Notes: a model not told the origin generated them from the sequence alone. Shown: positions 1 to 9,485, numbered from the stretch's first letter. The stretch: DNA of 64,000 nt from Acidimicrobiales bacterium (GCA_044221555.1 JBGAOY010000002.1:70376-134375), one strand, 5' to 3'. Made by a program: numbers and translations.

Positions 1-112
1 TGCGGTCGCCCTCCACCAGCACGCTGCCGGGCTCGACCAGCACGCCGGCATCGACGTCGAGCATGCGGGCGCTGCGGAGGTGGGTGGCGTGCTCGGGCAG
101 GCGGCGGGGCAT
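1..112 (-). CDS. amidohydrolase-family protein, N-terminal fragment (gene continues past window edge)
   Basis: There is a reverse-strand ATG at 112-110 preceded by GGAGAG. The translation MPRRLPEHATHLRSARMLDVDAGVLVEPGSVLVEGDR looks like the N-terminus of metal-dependent amidohydrolases. It is absent from the ORF track because it is truncated. Confidence 0.4.
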   Translation of the reverse strand, partial: MPRRLPEHATHLRSARMLDVDAGVLVEPGSVLVEGDR

Positions 113-227
113 GGGGTCTCTCCTACTACAGGCCGGGCATCGCGGGGAGCGGGAGGGGGTCGAGGGGGTGGGTGTGGAGCACGCGGCGCGGTAAGGTTCC
201 CGCCCCCGTCCGGCGAGGTGCTGCCCG

Positions 228-2474
228 TTGCCATCCGTAGACGACCGTGACGACACGGCGTCCGCCGGCGTCGGACGAACGGGAGGAGCGGGAGGAGCGG
301 GGGCGTCGAGGCGGCGTCCGCTCGATCGCCTCCTCGTGCTGGCGGGGCTCTGCGGACTGGCGGTGGTGCAGCCCGTGCTCGAGCTCCTGGGTGACAACCC
401 CACCGCACTGCAGTTCCGCGACGTCGAGGGCCTCCGGATCGCGGCGTTCGCGGTCGCGATCGTCGTGGTGCCGCCGATCGTGCTGTGGCTCGTGGGCCTG
501 GTCGTCGGTCTGGTCGATGCCCGGGCGGGCTGGTACGTGCACGTCGCCCTCGTCGCGGCGCTGTTCGCGATGGTCGGCGTGCTGCTGGCCAAGGCGCTGA
601 CCGGGAGCGCCCCGGCGCACGTGCTGGCCGCGGTGGTGATGGCCGTCGGCGGGACGCTGGCCTACCTCCGCCTCGACGCTGTGCACCTCTGGCTGCGGGT
701 CCTGGCGGTGGCCAACCTGGCGTTCCTGGCCAACTTCTTGTTCCTGGCCCCCGTGGCCGACTGGATCACCGGGGGGACGCAGACCGCGGCCGACGCCTCG
801 TTCTCCGGCAGGGGAGCGGGGCAACCGGCCTCGGTCCTGATGGTCGTGCTGGACGAGCTGCCGACCCAGTCCATCCTCGGCGACGACGAGACCATCGACG
901 AGGTGCGCTTCCCGAACCTCGCCCGTCTCGCGGAGGACGCTACCTGGTACCGCCACTTCTCGACCGTCAGCCCCTTCACCCAGAGCGCGGTGCCGGCGCT
1001 GCTCGACGGCCAGGATCCCCACGGCGACCCGGTCTGGACCGACCACCCCGACAGCCTGTTCAGCCTGCTCGCCAACTCCCATCATCTGACGGTGTCGGAG
1101 TCGCTCACCAAGCTCTGCGGCTTCGAGGCCTGCAGCGGCGATCCGCAGCCCCCGGCCGACGCGAGGCACGGCGAGCCCCCGCCGCCGCCGTCGTCGCCGC
1201 AGTGGGCGGCGATGCTGGCCGACACCCGCGCCCTCTGGAGCGCGCGGGTCACCCCGGGGTCGACCGACCGCTCGCTCGCGTTCGACGACTTCGCCGAAGC
1301 GCTCGACGCGCCGGACACCGGCGGTGCCGGCGACGGAACGGTGGGCTCGACCGCCGACGGCAACGGCGACGTCGTGCCCCTGTCCGAGTCCCAGCAGCTC
1401 GACGGCTACTTCGCGTCGAGCGCGGCGATCCAGCCCGCCCGACTGGACACGTTCCTGGACGCGATCCGGCCCACCGACGACCCCTTCTTCGCCTTCCTCC
1501 ACCTCGTCATGCCGCACCAGCCCTGGTTCTCGCGGGAGGACGGCACCCGGTACACCACGCCGGGGGACTACACGGGCCCCGACATCACCACGCCGTGGCG
1601 GGCACGGGTCACCCGCCAGCGCCACCTCCTCCAGGCGGAGTACACCGACCGGCTGGTCGGGCAGATCCTGGCCCGGATGCGGCGGGTGGGCGAGTACGAC
1701 GACACCCTGATCGTGGTCGTCAGCGACCACGGGGCCTCGTTCGAGCCGGGCGAGTCGGTGCGCTCGGTCGTCGACCAGAACCTCGACGACATCGCCTACG
1801 CGCCGTTGCTGATCAAGGAGCCCGGCCAGACGACCGGCCGGGTGGACGACGCCAACCTGCTGTCGGTCGACGTGGTGCCGACGATCGCCGACCTGCTCGG
1901 CACCCGGCCGACCTGGCCGGTGGACGGGGTGGCGGCCGGCGACACCGAGGCGCTCGAGGCCCGTGGCGACCGGAAGTACGTGTACTCCTACACCGACGCC
2001 TTCAGCTACGAGTTCCTCGGGATCGAGGAGTTCGACGACCGATCCGCCTACCGGGCCATGGTCGACGGTCGCTTCCCTGCGGTCCAGGTGGGCGAGTCCC
2101 GACTGGCCGGCCTCTACCGGGGGCGACGGGGTGCCGCGCTCATCGGCATGCCGTCGGCCGGTGTGCTCGGCCCCGGAGACGGCGATGCGCTCGTGCGGGC
2201 GCTGGACGAGCTCCAGCAGCCGGACGGGCCGGAGCTGCTGGGCGAGGTGATCGGCGTGGTGCCCGGCGCCCGCCCCGGCGACTCGGTCGTCGTGGCGGTG
2301 GACGGCACCGTCGTCGGCGTCTCCCCGCTGTTCGAGGAGGGTGGGGTCGCGAACCAGTTCGTCGTGCTCCTCCCGGCGGGGGCGCTGGACGGGCGGCGCA
2401 ACAGGATCGAGGTCGGCGTCCTCGGCGCCGACGGGACCACGGCCGAGGAACTGGACCTCGTCGGCACCGACTGA
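228..2474 (+). CDS. membrane-anchored sulfatase / phosphoglycerol-transferase-like protein (alkaline-phosphatase superfamily)
   Basis: This is a 748-aa ORF. The N-terminal ~190 aa carry several hydrophobic helices. The soluble domain has 'FLHLVMPHQPW' and 'IVVVSDHGASFEPG' motifs typical of this fold. The TTG start at 228 is uncertain. Confidence 0.7.
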   Translation: MPSVDDRDDTASAGVGRTGGAGGAGASRRRPLDRLLVLAGLCGLAVVQPVLELLGDNPTALQFRDVEGLRIAAFAVAIVVVPPIVLWLVGLVVGLVDARAGWYVHVALVAALFAMVGVLLAKALTGSAPAHVLAAVVMAVGGTLAYLRLDAVHLWLRVLAVANLAFLANFLFLAPVADWITGGTQTAADASFSGRGAGQPASVLMVVLDELPTQSILGDDETIDEVRFPNLARLAEDATWYRHFSTVSPFTQSAVPALLDGQDPHGDPVWTDHPDSLFSLLANSHHLTVSESLTKLCGFEACSGDPQPPADARHGEPPPPPSSPQWAAMLADTRALWSARVTPGSTDRSLAFDDFAEALDAPDTGGAGDGTVGSTADGNGDVVPLSESQQLDGYFASSAAIQPARLDTFLDAIRPTDDPFFAFLHLVMPHQPWFSREDGTRYTTPGDYTGPDITTPWRARVTRQRHLLQAEYTDRLVGQILARMRRVGEYDDTLIVVVSDHGASFEPGESVRSVVDQNLDDIAYAPLLIKEPGQTTGRVDDANLLSVDVVPTIADLLGTRPTWPVDGVAAGDTEALEARGDRKYVYSYTDAFSYEFLGIEEFDDRSAYRAMVDGRFPAVQVGESRLAGLYRGRRGAALIGMPSAGVLGPGDGDALVRALDELQQPDGPELLGEVIGVVPGARPGDSVVVAVDGTVVGVSPLFEEGGVANQFVVLLPAGALDGRRNRIEVGVLGADGTTAEELDLVGTD

Positions 2475-2567
2475 CCGACAGAGGGCCGGCCCGTCCCCGG
2501 CCTGCGGGGGAGACCCCGTCGGCCGGGTCGTGCGTGGTCCCTCCGGGCTGGCACTCCTGTCGGGGGG

Positions 2568-3422
2568 TTGTGGCATGGTGGCGGGATCCAGCTGACACCG
2601 CGCTACGGCGCCGACCCGGTCATCACGCTCGACGGCGAGCCCGCCGACATCGTCGCCCCCTCGATCCGTCAACGCCGCCGGCTCGCCGAGGCCGTGGCCG
2701 CGTTCACCGACCAGCAGTGGGCGCAGCCCAGCCGGTGCGAGGGCTGGTCGGCCCGCGACGTCATCGTCCACCTCGACAGCACCAACACGTTCTGGTCGTT
2801 CTCCATCGCCCAGGGGCTGGCCGGCGCGCCCACGGAGTTCCTGGCCACCTTCGACCCCGTGGCGTCGCCGGCCGAGTTGGTGGCCGATGCGGCCGATCGC
2901 CCGACCGCCGACGTGGTCGACCGGTTCGTGGCATCCACCGAAGCGCTGGCCGACCTACTGGTCTCGCTCGACGGCACCCAGTGGTCGGTGCTGGCCGAGG
3001 CCCCTCCCGGGCACCTCACCGTCAGCGCGGTCACCCACCACGCCCTCTGGGACGCCTGGGTGCACGAGCGCGACATCCTGCTGCCGATGGGCGTCGAGCC
3101 GCCCGTGGAGGCCGACGAGGTCGCGGCCTGCCTCCGCTACGCGGCCGCCCTCGGCCCGGCGCTCGCGCTGAACCGGGGGGCGCCCGAGCGGGGTGTGCTG
3201 GGCGTCGCCGCCACGGCGCCCGACCTGGAGGCCGTGGTCGAGATCGGTGACCAGGTGGCGGTTCGTTCGGGCCCGGCCGCCGGCGACCTCGTGCTGCGGG
3301 GCGACGCGGTGGCACTGCTCGAGGCGCTCAGCGCGCGCCGGGCCCTCGACCAGCCGATCCCGGCCGCCTCGGCCTGGATGCTGGCGGGGCTCGCGGAGAC
3401 CTTCGACCTCGACGAAGGCTGA
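2568..3422 (+). CDS. maleylpyruvate-isomerase-family mycothiol-dependent (DinB-like, TIGR03083-type) protein
   Basis: The N-terminus 'QLTPRYGADPVITLDG...RQRRRLAEAVAAFTDQQWAQPSRCEGWSARDVIVHL' matches my memory of this actinobacterial family. The start codon (TTG at 2568) is uncertain. Confidence 0.7.
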   Translation: MWHGGGIQLTPRYGADPVITLDGEPADIVAPSIRQRRRLAEAVAAFTDQQWAQPSRCEGWSARDVIVHLDSTNTFWSFSIAQGLAGAPTEFLATFDPVASPAELVADAADRPTADVVDRFVASTEALADLLVSLDGTQWSVLAEAPPGHLTVSAVTHHALWDAWVHERDILLPMGVEPPVEADEVAACLRYAAALGPALALNRGAPERGVLGVAATAPDLEAVVEIGDQVAVRSGPAAGDLVLRGDAVALLEALSARRALDQPIPAASAWMLAGLAETFDLDEG

Positions 3423-3519
3423 CGTACCGGCCGCGGCCGCCGCACCGCCGCTCGGCCGCCGGGCGCTGGCACACTGACGACCCCCCATCGCCCCCGGCCG
3501 GACTCGAGTTGAACGCAGC

Positions 3520-5289
3520 ATGATCCTGATCGACGCGCACGGGCTGGCCATGAGCCGGCCCGGGCGCCCCCTGTTCGACGACCTGTCGCTCACCGTGTCC
3601 ACCGGCGACCGGATCGGTGTCGTGGGCCTCAATGGGTCGGGGAAGTCGACGCTGCTGCGGGTGCTGGCCGGCCAGCTCGACCCGGAGGCGGGCACCGTCC
3701 GCCGAGGCGCCGACATCGCCATCGCCGTGCTCGACCAGGGCGATCAGCTGGGTGAGGGGACCGTGCGCGAGGTCGTCGGTGGCGACTGGCGGGCCGAGTC
3801 GGTGCTCGACCGGTTGGGCCTCACGCCCATCCTGGGGAAGGACATCGCCGAGGTGTCCGGCGGCCAGCGCAAGCGGGCCGCGCTGGCCCGGGCGCTGTCG
3901 GCGGAGAGCGACCTGCTCATCCTGGACGAACCGACCAACCACCTCGACATCGACGCCATCGCCTGGCTCGAGGAGTGGCTGGCGGGGTATCGGGGCGGGC
4001 TGCTCCTCGTCACCCACGATCGCCACGTCCTCGACCGCGTCACCACGCGGGTGCTCGAGATCGACCGCAGCGGTTCGTACCTGCACGACGGTGGCTACAG
4101 CGGCTACCTGCAGGGCCGGGCCGACCGGGCGGCTCGCTCCGAGGCGGCCGAGGCCGTGCGGGCCAACCTGGCCAAGCGCGAGCTGGCCTGGCTGCGCCGC
4201 GGTGCCCCCGCCCGGACGTCGAAGTCGAAGTCGCGGATCGCCCGGGCCGAGGCCCTGCAGGAGGTGGAGCGGGTCGACGACGTCCGCTCGGGCGACCTCG
4301 ACCTGCACCTGGGGATGCCTCGACTCGGGTCGTCGGTGATCGAGTTGTCCGACGTCACCTTCGCCTACCCGGGCGGCGAGACGCTGCTCGCCCACGTCGA
4401 CCTCTTGTTGGGCCCGGGTGACCGGCTGGGCGTGGTGGGGGCCAACGGCGCCGGCAAGAGCACCCTGCTCGGGCTGATCACCGGTGCCCTCGAGCCGCTC
4501 GGGGGAACGGTGAAGATCGGCTCGACCGTCCAGATGGGGCTGTACGACCAGACCAGCCGGGAGCTCACGCCCGGGAGGCGTGTGCGCGAGGTGATCGTCG
4601 GCGACGACGGCGACCCCAGCTGGCGCGACGTGAAGCTCATGGAGCGCTTCTGGTTCGACTCCGACGCGCAGAAGGCGCCGGTCGAGCTGCTGTCGGGTGG
4701 TGAGCGGCGGCGCCTGCAGCTCGTCCAGCTGCTGATGCGTCGGCCCAACGTGCTCCTGCTGGACGAGCCCACCAACGACCTCGACCTCGACACCCTGCGT
4801 GTGCTCGAGGACTTCCTCGACGGGTGGCCCGGCACGCTCGTGGTCGCCTCCCACGACCGGGCCTTCCTCGAGCGCACGGTCGAGGAGGTGGTGGTGCTCG
4901 ACGGCACCGGCACGGCTGCACCCAGACGGGGTGGCTACGAGGCGTGGGCGCGCGAGCGGGCCGCGTCCCGCAAGCGAGGCCGTGGTGGCCCTGGCGAGCG
5001 GTCGCCGGGCGCTGGCCGCTCGGCGCAGGGCGAGGCCGGGTGCGCCGCCGCGCCCAAGGCCCGATCGCGAAGCACGCTGCAGCGGCTGTTGCGGGACACC
5101 GAGAAGGAGGTGGCCAAGCTCACGAAGCGGCGCGAGCGCCTCCACGCGGCGTTGGTCGCCGCCGCCACCGACCACGTCGAGTTGGCCCGCCTCGGTGCCG
5201 AGGAGGCCGAGCTGAGCCGGCAACTGGCCGACGCCGAGGACCGGTGGCTCGAGCTCGCCGAGGAGGCCGAGGCGTCGTCCCACGGGTAG
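3520..5289 (+). CDS. ABC-F family ATPase (two ABC domains, no membrane domain)
   Basis: Walker A motifs are 'GLNGSGKST' and 'GANGAGKST'. Signature motifs are 'VSGGQRKR' and 'LSGGERRR'. The C-terminus is a charged coiled-coil tail. Confidence 0.9.
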   Translation: MILIDAHGLAMSRPGRPLFDDLSLTVSTGDRIGVVGLNGSGKSTLLRVLAGQLDPEAGTVRRGADIAIAVLDQGDQLGEGTVREVVGGDWRAESVLDRLGLTPILGKDIAEVSGGQRKRAALARALSAESDLLILDEPTNHLDIDAIAWLEEWLAGYRGGLLLVTHDRHVLDRVTTRVLEIDRSGSYLHDGGYSGYLQGRADRAARSEAAEAVRANLAKRELAWLRRGAPARTSKSKSRIARAEALQEVERVDDVRSGDLDLHLGMPRLGSSVIELSDVTFAYPGGETLLAHVDLLLGPGDRLGVVGANGAGKSTLLGLITGALEPLGGTVKIGSTVQMGLYDQTSRELTPGRRVREVIVGDDGDPSWRDVKLMERFWFDSDAQKAPVELLSGGERRRLQLVQLLMRRPNVLLLDEPTNDLDLDTLRVLEDFLDGWPGTLVVASHDRAFLERTVEEVVVLDGTGTAAPRRGGYEAWARERAASRKRGRGGPGERSPGAGRSAQGEAGCAAAPKARSRSTLQRLLRDTEKEVAKLTKRRERLHAALVAAATDHVELARLGAEEAELSRQLADAEDRWLELAEEAEASSHG

Positions 5290-5298
5290 GCCACGTCC

Positions 5299-5414
5299 CG
5301 TTCTGGTGGCTCGAACGCAACGGTGACGACACGTTCCAGCCACCGGAACGAGCGATCGGTCGTTCTGGTGGCTCGGATGCGACGGTGTGACGACACGCTC
5401 CAGTCACCGGAACG
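5299..5414 (+). repeat. two tandem ~62-bp units, each a long imperfect hairpin (CGTTCTGGTGGCT...AG(C/T)CACCGGAACG)
   Basis: Copy A is 5299-5350 and copy B is 5361-5414. Each has a 13-bp outer stem, and its only non-Watson-Crick pairs are G-U wobbles when read as plus-strand RNA. Copy A also has an inner GAACG/CGTTC stem. The element lies between the convergent ABC-F and amidase genes. Confidence 0.75.
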
Positions 5415-5430
5415 AGCCATCTGCGCGTGG

Positions 5431-6408
5431 TCAAGCGCGCGGTGGGCGGGGGCGCTGCAGGAGGCGGGCTCGTCCCCAGACCGCCGCGGCGGTGACGAGC
5501 CCCACGGCGCCACCGGCGACGAGGCCCTTGGCGAGCAGCCCGTTGTTGCCGCCCGCCGGGTCCGCCGCGGTGGCGGCCGCGGCGCTGCCCGACGGCGCGG
5601 TGGTCGCGGTCGCCGGCACCCCGGTCGTGGTGGTGGCCGTGGCGGCGACGGTGGTGGTCGTGGAGGACGGCGCCGACCGCACGGCCCGGCTGAGCCGGAC
5701 GGCGGTCACCTGGTCGGGGAACTGCCCCTTCACCAACTCGAAGGCGGCGTCGCCGGGGCAGGCCGTGGCCGACATCTCGCGGTGGCCTGCGATGGTGGTG
5801 GCGGTCACGGTCGCGCCGGCGGGCCAGAGGTTCGACCCTCTCGAGGTGAACGAGGTGGTCGCACCCGGCGACGTGTCGATGTCCTCGCGCTCACCCAGCC
5901 AGGCCAGCAGGTGGGTCATGGCGGTCACGGCGTCGGGGGTCGGTGGCTCCGTCGAATGGTCGCCCAGGAAGCAGCAGAGCTGGCTCGACCCCTGGTTGCC
6001 GCCCGTGGCGTCGCCGGCCACGCTCGACCGGAGGCTGCCCTGACGGCCCTCCCACACCCCGCCGTGGCGGTCGACGAAGAAGTTGTAGGCGACGTCGGGC
6101 CACCCCTTCTCGGGCCCGGTGTGCAGGCCGTAGATGGCCTGCAACAACGACGGGACCGCGTCGGCCGAGTAGTCGTTGGCGTCGACCGAGTGATGGACGA
6201 GCAGGACCTGCACGTCGGGCTCGGGGACGAGGGGCCCGGTGGGGGCGAGGGCGCCGGCCCACGCCGAGCGCGGTTGGATCGTGACGCCGTCGCCGAGGTC
6301 GAACGGCTCGTCGGCGGCCGCCGCGGGGCGTTGCGGCCGCAGGACGAGCGCGGCCGACCCTGCGGCGGCCCCGGCCAGGAACCGGCGGCGGTCGATGCGC
6401 GGCCCCAC
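5431..6408 (-). CDS. Tat-exported N-acetylmuramoyl-L-alanine amidase (Amidase_2/PGRP type) with Thr-rich linker and C-terminal TM anchor
   Basis: It has the twin-arginine motif 'RIDRRRFLAGAAAGSAALV' and the amidase core 'VLLVHHSVDANDY...WPDVAYNFFVDRHGGVWEGRQGS'. I prefer the GTG at 6408, one nt after the upstream stop, over the track start at 6549. Confidence 0.8.
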   Translation of the reverse strand: MGPRIDRRRFLAGAAAGSAALVLRPQRPAAAADEPFDLGDGVTIQPRSAWAGALAPTGPLVPEPDVQVLLVHHSVDANDYSADAVPSLLQAIYGLHTGPEKGWPDVAYNFFVDRHGGVWEGRQGSLRSSVAGDATGGNQGSSQLCCFLGDHSTEPPTPDAVTAMTHLLAWLGEREDIDTSPGATTSFTSRGSNLWPAGATVTATTIAGHREMSATACPGDAAFELVKGQFPDQVTAVRLSRAVRSAPSSTTTTVAATATTTTGVPATATTAPSGSAAAATAADPAGGNNGLLAKGLVAGGAVGLVTAAAVWGRARLLQRPRPPRA

Positions 6409-6409
6409 G

Positions 6410-7198
6410 TCAGGGGTCCACGTTGAGGTCGGGGTCGGTCGGGCTGGCGTCGGGGTCGGTGGTGAGGAAGCGGGCGAAGCAGTCCTGCGGTGACGTGCGG
6501 CCGACGGAGCGGCAGAAGTCGGCGGCCTCACGGCCCGTGTCGAACCCACCGTCGTAGTACACGATCCAGTACCCGGCGCGAAGGGACGAGTAGCCGTCGG
6601 ACTGCAGCACCTGCGAGCCGGGCGGCACCTCCGACAGGTACGCCTGGGCCTCCTGCTCGGTGAAGTAGGAGATGAACACCGCCACCCACGTCCCCGACAT
6701 GCCCCGCGGCGAGGACAGGCTGGCGGTGGTCGGCGGGGGCGTGGTGGCGGCGGGCGCGGTGGCGGACGGCGACTCGGACGGGGGGTCGTCGGTGACGTCG
6801 CCCGCCGCGTCGGCGGCGCCCGATCCCTGCGCGTTCGGCTCCGTCGTGGCTGGGTCCTCGCCGGCCAGGAGGAACGCGCCCACCGCGATCACCATCAACG
6901 CGACCACCGCGGCTGCGGCCGCGGCGATGGGCAGGGTCCGCGGCCCGGTCGCCGGCGGCACCAGAGGCGGCCGCGCCGGGGGTGGCGGGGCCGGGGGTGG
7001 CGGGGCGAGGGGTGGCGTCACCCTGGTCGGGGGCAGCGGCGAGCCCACGAGCATCGGCTGCTTCGCCATCCCGGGCGTGGCCTTGCCCACCGGTCCCGAG
7101 GTGGAGGCAGCGTGCGGCGCGACGATCGCCGCGCCACAGCCCGGGCAGAACCGGGCGCCCTCCCGCAGAGCAGCGCCGCAGCCGGGACAGTGGGGCAC
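6410..7198 (-). CDS. zinc-ribbon / Pro-rich / single-TM protein with SPOR-like C-terminal domain
   Basis: I chose the GTG at 7198, which has GGAGAGG 10 nt upstream. The N-terminus reads 'VPHCPGCGAALREGARFCPGCGAAI'. The TM segment is 'LPIAAAAAAVVALMVIAVGAFLLAG'. The C-terminus 'WVAVFISYFTEQEAQAYL...GYWIVYYDGGFDTGREAADFC' resembles a SPOR fold. The track start at 7558 would overlap the upstream gene by about 150 nt. Confidence 0.65.
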   Translation of the reverse strand: MPHCPGCGAALREGARFCPGCGAAIVAPHAASTSGPVGKATPGMAKQPMLVGSPLPPTRVTPPLAPPPPAPPPPARPPLVPPATGPRTLPIAAAAAAVVALMVIAVGAFLLAGEDPATTEPNAQGSGAADAAGDVTDDPPSESPSATAPAATTPPPTTASLSSPRGMSGTWVAVFISYFTEQEAQAYLSEVPPGSQVLQSDGYSSLRAGYWIVYYDGGFDTGREAADFCRSVGRTSPQDCFARFLTTDPDASPTDPDLNVDP

Positions 7199-7403
7199 CG
7201 CTGGTTCCGCCTCTCCGATCGACGCCTCTACGACGTGCTCAGCTTCGCGCGGATCCGGCGGCGTGGCTCGGCCCGGAACACCGAGGACGTGCTCGATCGA
7301 GGGACCGTACCGCCACGGGCCGCAGGGCGGCCGTCCGCGACGGGACGACCGCGTACCGAAGCCATACCAGGGAGTACCGGAGCGGCGGGTCCCGGCGGTG
7401 GGG

Positions 7404-9485
7404 TCAGCCCGTGGGGCCGGCGGGCACGGTGGTCGAAGCCGGTGCGTCGGCGGCCCACCGGCGCAGGATCTCGGGGCCCAGCCAGTCGTTGCACACCTGG
7501 AAGGCCGACTCCCAGGTGAGGTGGATGCCGTCGGGGCGCAGCGCGGGGTCCAGCTCACCGCCCGGCTGGGTGCGCAGGTAGCCGGCGTAGTCGACCAGCT
7601 CGACGGTGTCGGGGCGCTCGGCGGCCACCTGGGCCACCAGCGTGTTGAACCGCTGCATGCGGAGCGGGTTGGAGGCGGGTCGTTGGTAGGTGGGGGCCAC
7701 GCCGTCCTGCATGCCCAGCTCGATCCGGGGGCTGGTGAGCCAGAACACCCGGGCGCCGCCGGCCGACAGGATGTCCACGGCGTTGCGGATGCGCCCCAGC
7801 ACGATCTCGTCGAAGTCGGGCTGGCCCACGTGGCGCCACTCGCCGGAGGCGTCGTCGTACCAGTCGGCCACCTCCCAGGGGCCCACCAGCACCACCGCGA
7901 TGTCGGGATCGGTGGCGCTGATGCTGTCCCGCCACTCCTGATCGGCCTGCGCGCAGACGTCGGGGCTGTCGGCCTCGCCGTCGTAGCGGAAGTGGGTGAA
8001 GAGCGCGCCGGGCAGCACCCCGCACCCCAGCTCGGTGATGCCCCCCTCGGAGTCGGCCAGGCCGGTGGACTGGATCCAGCCGCCGAAGCCCAGGGCGAGC
8101 CGGAGCGCGGTGGAGTCGCCGTAGATCGACACCTCGGGCGTCCCCGCGGCGGCGAGCTCCGGCGGTGCGCTGGTGGGCGTGACGTCGTCGAGGAACGGCG
8201 CGCTGAAGTCCCCCCGCTCGATCATGGCCTGGGCCTGTTCGAACGTGGGGTCGGCGTTCGGATCGGGCACGGTCACGGCGAGCACGCCCACGGCGACGGC
8301 GGCGAAGGCCAGCGGGGCCAGGGTGAGGGCCTGGCGACCGGTCAGGATCTGGCGCGTGCGCACCGGCCGCTCGAGCAGGAAGAACGACGCCACCGCGGCG
8401 CCGAGGGTGACCGCCACCCGGAGGCCGAACAGGGGCCACTGGCCGAGGCCGGTGCGCTCGGGGGTGAGCCAGAGGAAGATCGGCCAGTGGAACAGGTACA
8501 CGCCGTAGGACACCAGGCCCAGGCGGCGCAGGGGCTCCCAGCTCAGGGTGCGCCGCACGGGGCCCCGATCCTGCACGGCGGCCGCGATCATGGCCACGGA
8601 CACCAACCCGAACGCGGCCAGGCCTCCCCGGTAGAGCCACCCGTCGTCGAGCCGCACGGTCGACCAGAGGGCGACGGTCAACACCAGTGCGGCCAGCCCG
8701 ACCCAACGCAGGGCATCGGCGAGGGCGGCGGGAAGCCGGCGGCCGTTCAGCGCCACCGCCAGCAGGGCGCCCAGGGTGAGCTCGGCCGAGCGGGTGTCGG
8801 TGCCGTAGTAGATGCGGTCGATGGCCGCACCCTGCAGGAGGAAGGTGGCCAGCAGCGAGCCGCCGAGGGCCACGCCCAGGCCGATGGCCACGGCCCGGTG
8901 GACGTGCCGGGTCCGACGGCCGAGGGCGAACAGGCCCACCATGGCCAGCGGGAACAGCACGTAGAACTGCTCCTCGATGGCCAGCGACCAGAAGTGCTGG
9001 ACCGGCGACGGTGCGGTGAACAGATCGGCGTAGCTCGTGCCGGACAGGATCAGCTGCCAGTTGGCCACGTCGGCCAGCGCGGCGAGCACCTCGACGCGCA
9101 GGTTCTGGAGTTGGCCGCTGGTGGCCACCGTGGCCCCGAAGATCACCACACCCCCGAGGCACAGCAGTGACGCCGGCATCAGGCGTCGGAACCGACGCGA
9201 CCAGAACCGGCGCAGGTCGGTGCGGCCGCGGCGGTCGTGCTCGGTCAACAGCAGCGTGGTGATGAGGAACCCCGACAGGGTGAAGAAGGTCGACACCCCG
9301 AGGAAGCCGCCGCTGGCCCACGAGAAACCACCGTGGAAGACGAGCACCGCAGCCACTGCCGCCCCCCGCAGCCCGTCGAGGGCCGGGTGGTAGGCGCCGG
9401 CCACCGGTCGCGCGGCGGAACCAGACGTCCGGGGCCGCGCGCCGACCGTCACGGTGCCTCCGGCCGCCATCTCCACAGTCTCCAC
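7404..9485 (-). CDS. OatA-like O-acyltransferase (Acyl_transf_3 membrane domain + C-terminal SGNH domain)
   Basis: The N-terminus 'LDGLRGAAVAAVLVFHGG...STFFTLSGFLIT' is followed by about 10 hydrophobic helices. The C-terminal part has 'VSIYGDSTALRL' (SGNH block I) and 'DGIHLT'. Confidence 0.85.
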   Translation of the reverse strand: METVEMAAGGTVTVGARPRTSGSAARPVAGAYHPALDGLRGAAVAAVLVFHGGFSWASGGFLGVSTFFTLSGFLITTLLLTEHDRRGRTDLRRFWSRRFRRLMPASLLCLGGVVIFGATVATSGQLQNLRVEVLAALADVANWQLILSGTSYADLFTAPSPVQHFWSLAIEEQFYVLFPLAMVGLFALGRRTRHVHRAVAIGLGVALGGSLLATFLLQGAAIDRIYYGTDTRSAELTLGALLAVALNGRRLPAALADALRWVGLAALVLTVALWSTVRLDDGWLYRGGLAAFGLVSVAMIAAAVQDRGPVRRTLSWEPLRRLGLVSYGVYLFHWPIFLWLTPERTGLGQWPLFGLRVAVTLGAAVASFFLLERPVRTRQILTGRQALTLAPLAFAAVAVGVLAVTVPDPNADPTFEQAQAMIERGDFSAPFLDDVTPTSAPPELAAAGTPEVSIYGDSTALRLALGFGGWIQSTGLADSEGGITELGCGVLPGALFTHFRYDGEADSPDVCAQADQEWRDSISATDPDIAVVLVGPWEVADWYDDASGEWRHVGQPDFDEIVLGRIRNAVDILSAGGARVFWLTSPRIELGMQDGVAPTYQRPASNPLRMQRFNTLVAQVAAERPDTVELVDYAGYLRTQPGGELDPALRPDGIHLTWESAFQVCNDWLGPEILRRWAADAPASTTVPAGPTG

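Noticed and set aside
126-2771. An 881-aa minus-strand ORF, and the 921-aa plus-strand ORF at 485..3250, both overlapping the sulfatase-like gene
   Set aside because: Their translations are Arg/Pro/Gly/Asp-rich with no motifs. These are typical shadow ORFs in a GC-rich genome, where stop codons are rare off-frame. The 228..2474 frame has real domain motifs.
3328-5343. A 671-aa ORF antisense to the ABC-F gene
   Set aside because: It is a shadow ORF. The ABC-F frame carries two complete Walker/signature sets, and the antisense product is low-complexity.
5323-6426. The ORFs starting 'MTTRSSHRNE' at 5323 and 5387
   Set aside because: The identical N-termini come from the two copies of the 62-bp repeat. 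The remainder is antisense to the amidase gene and low-complexity.
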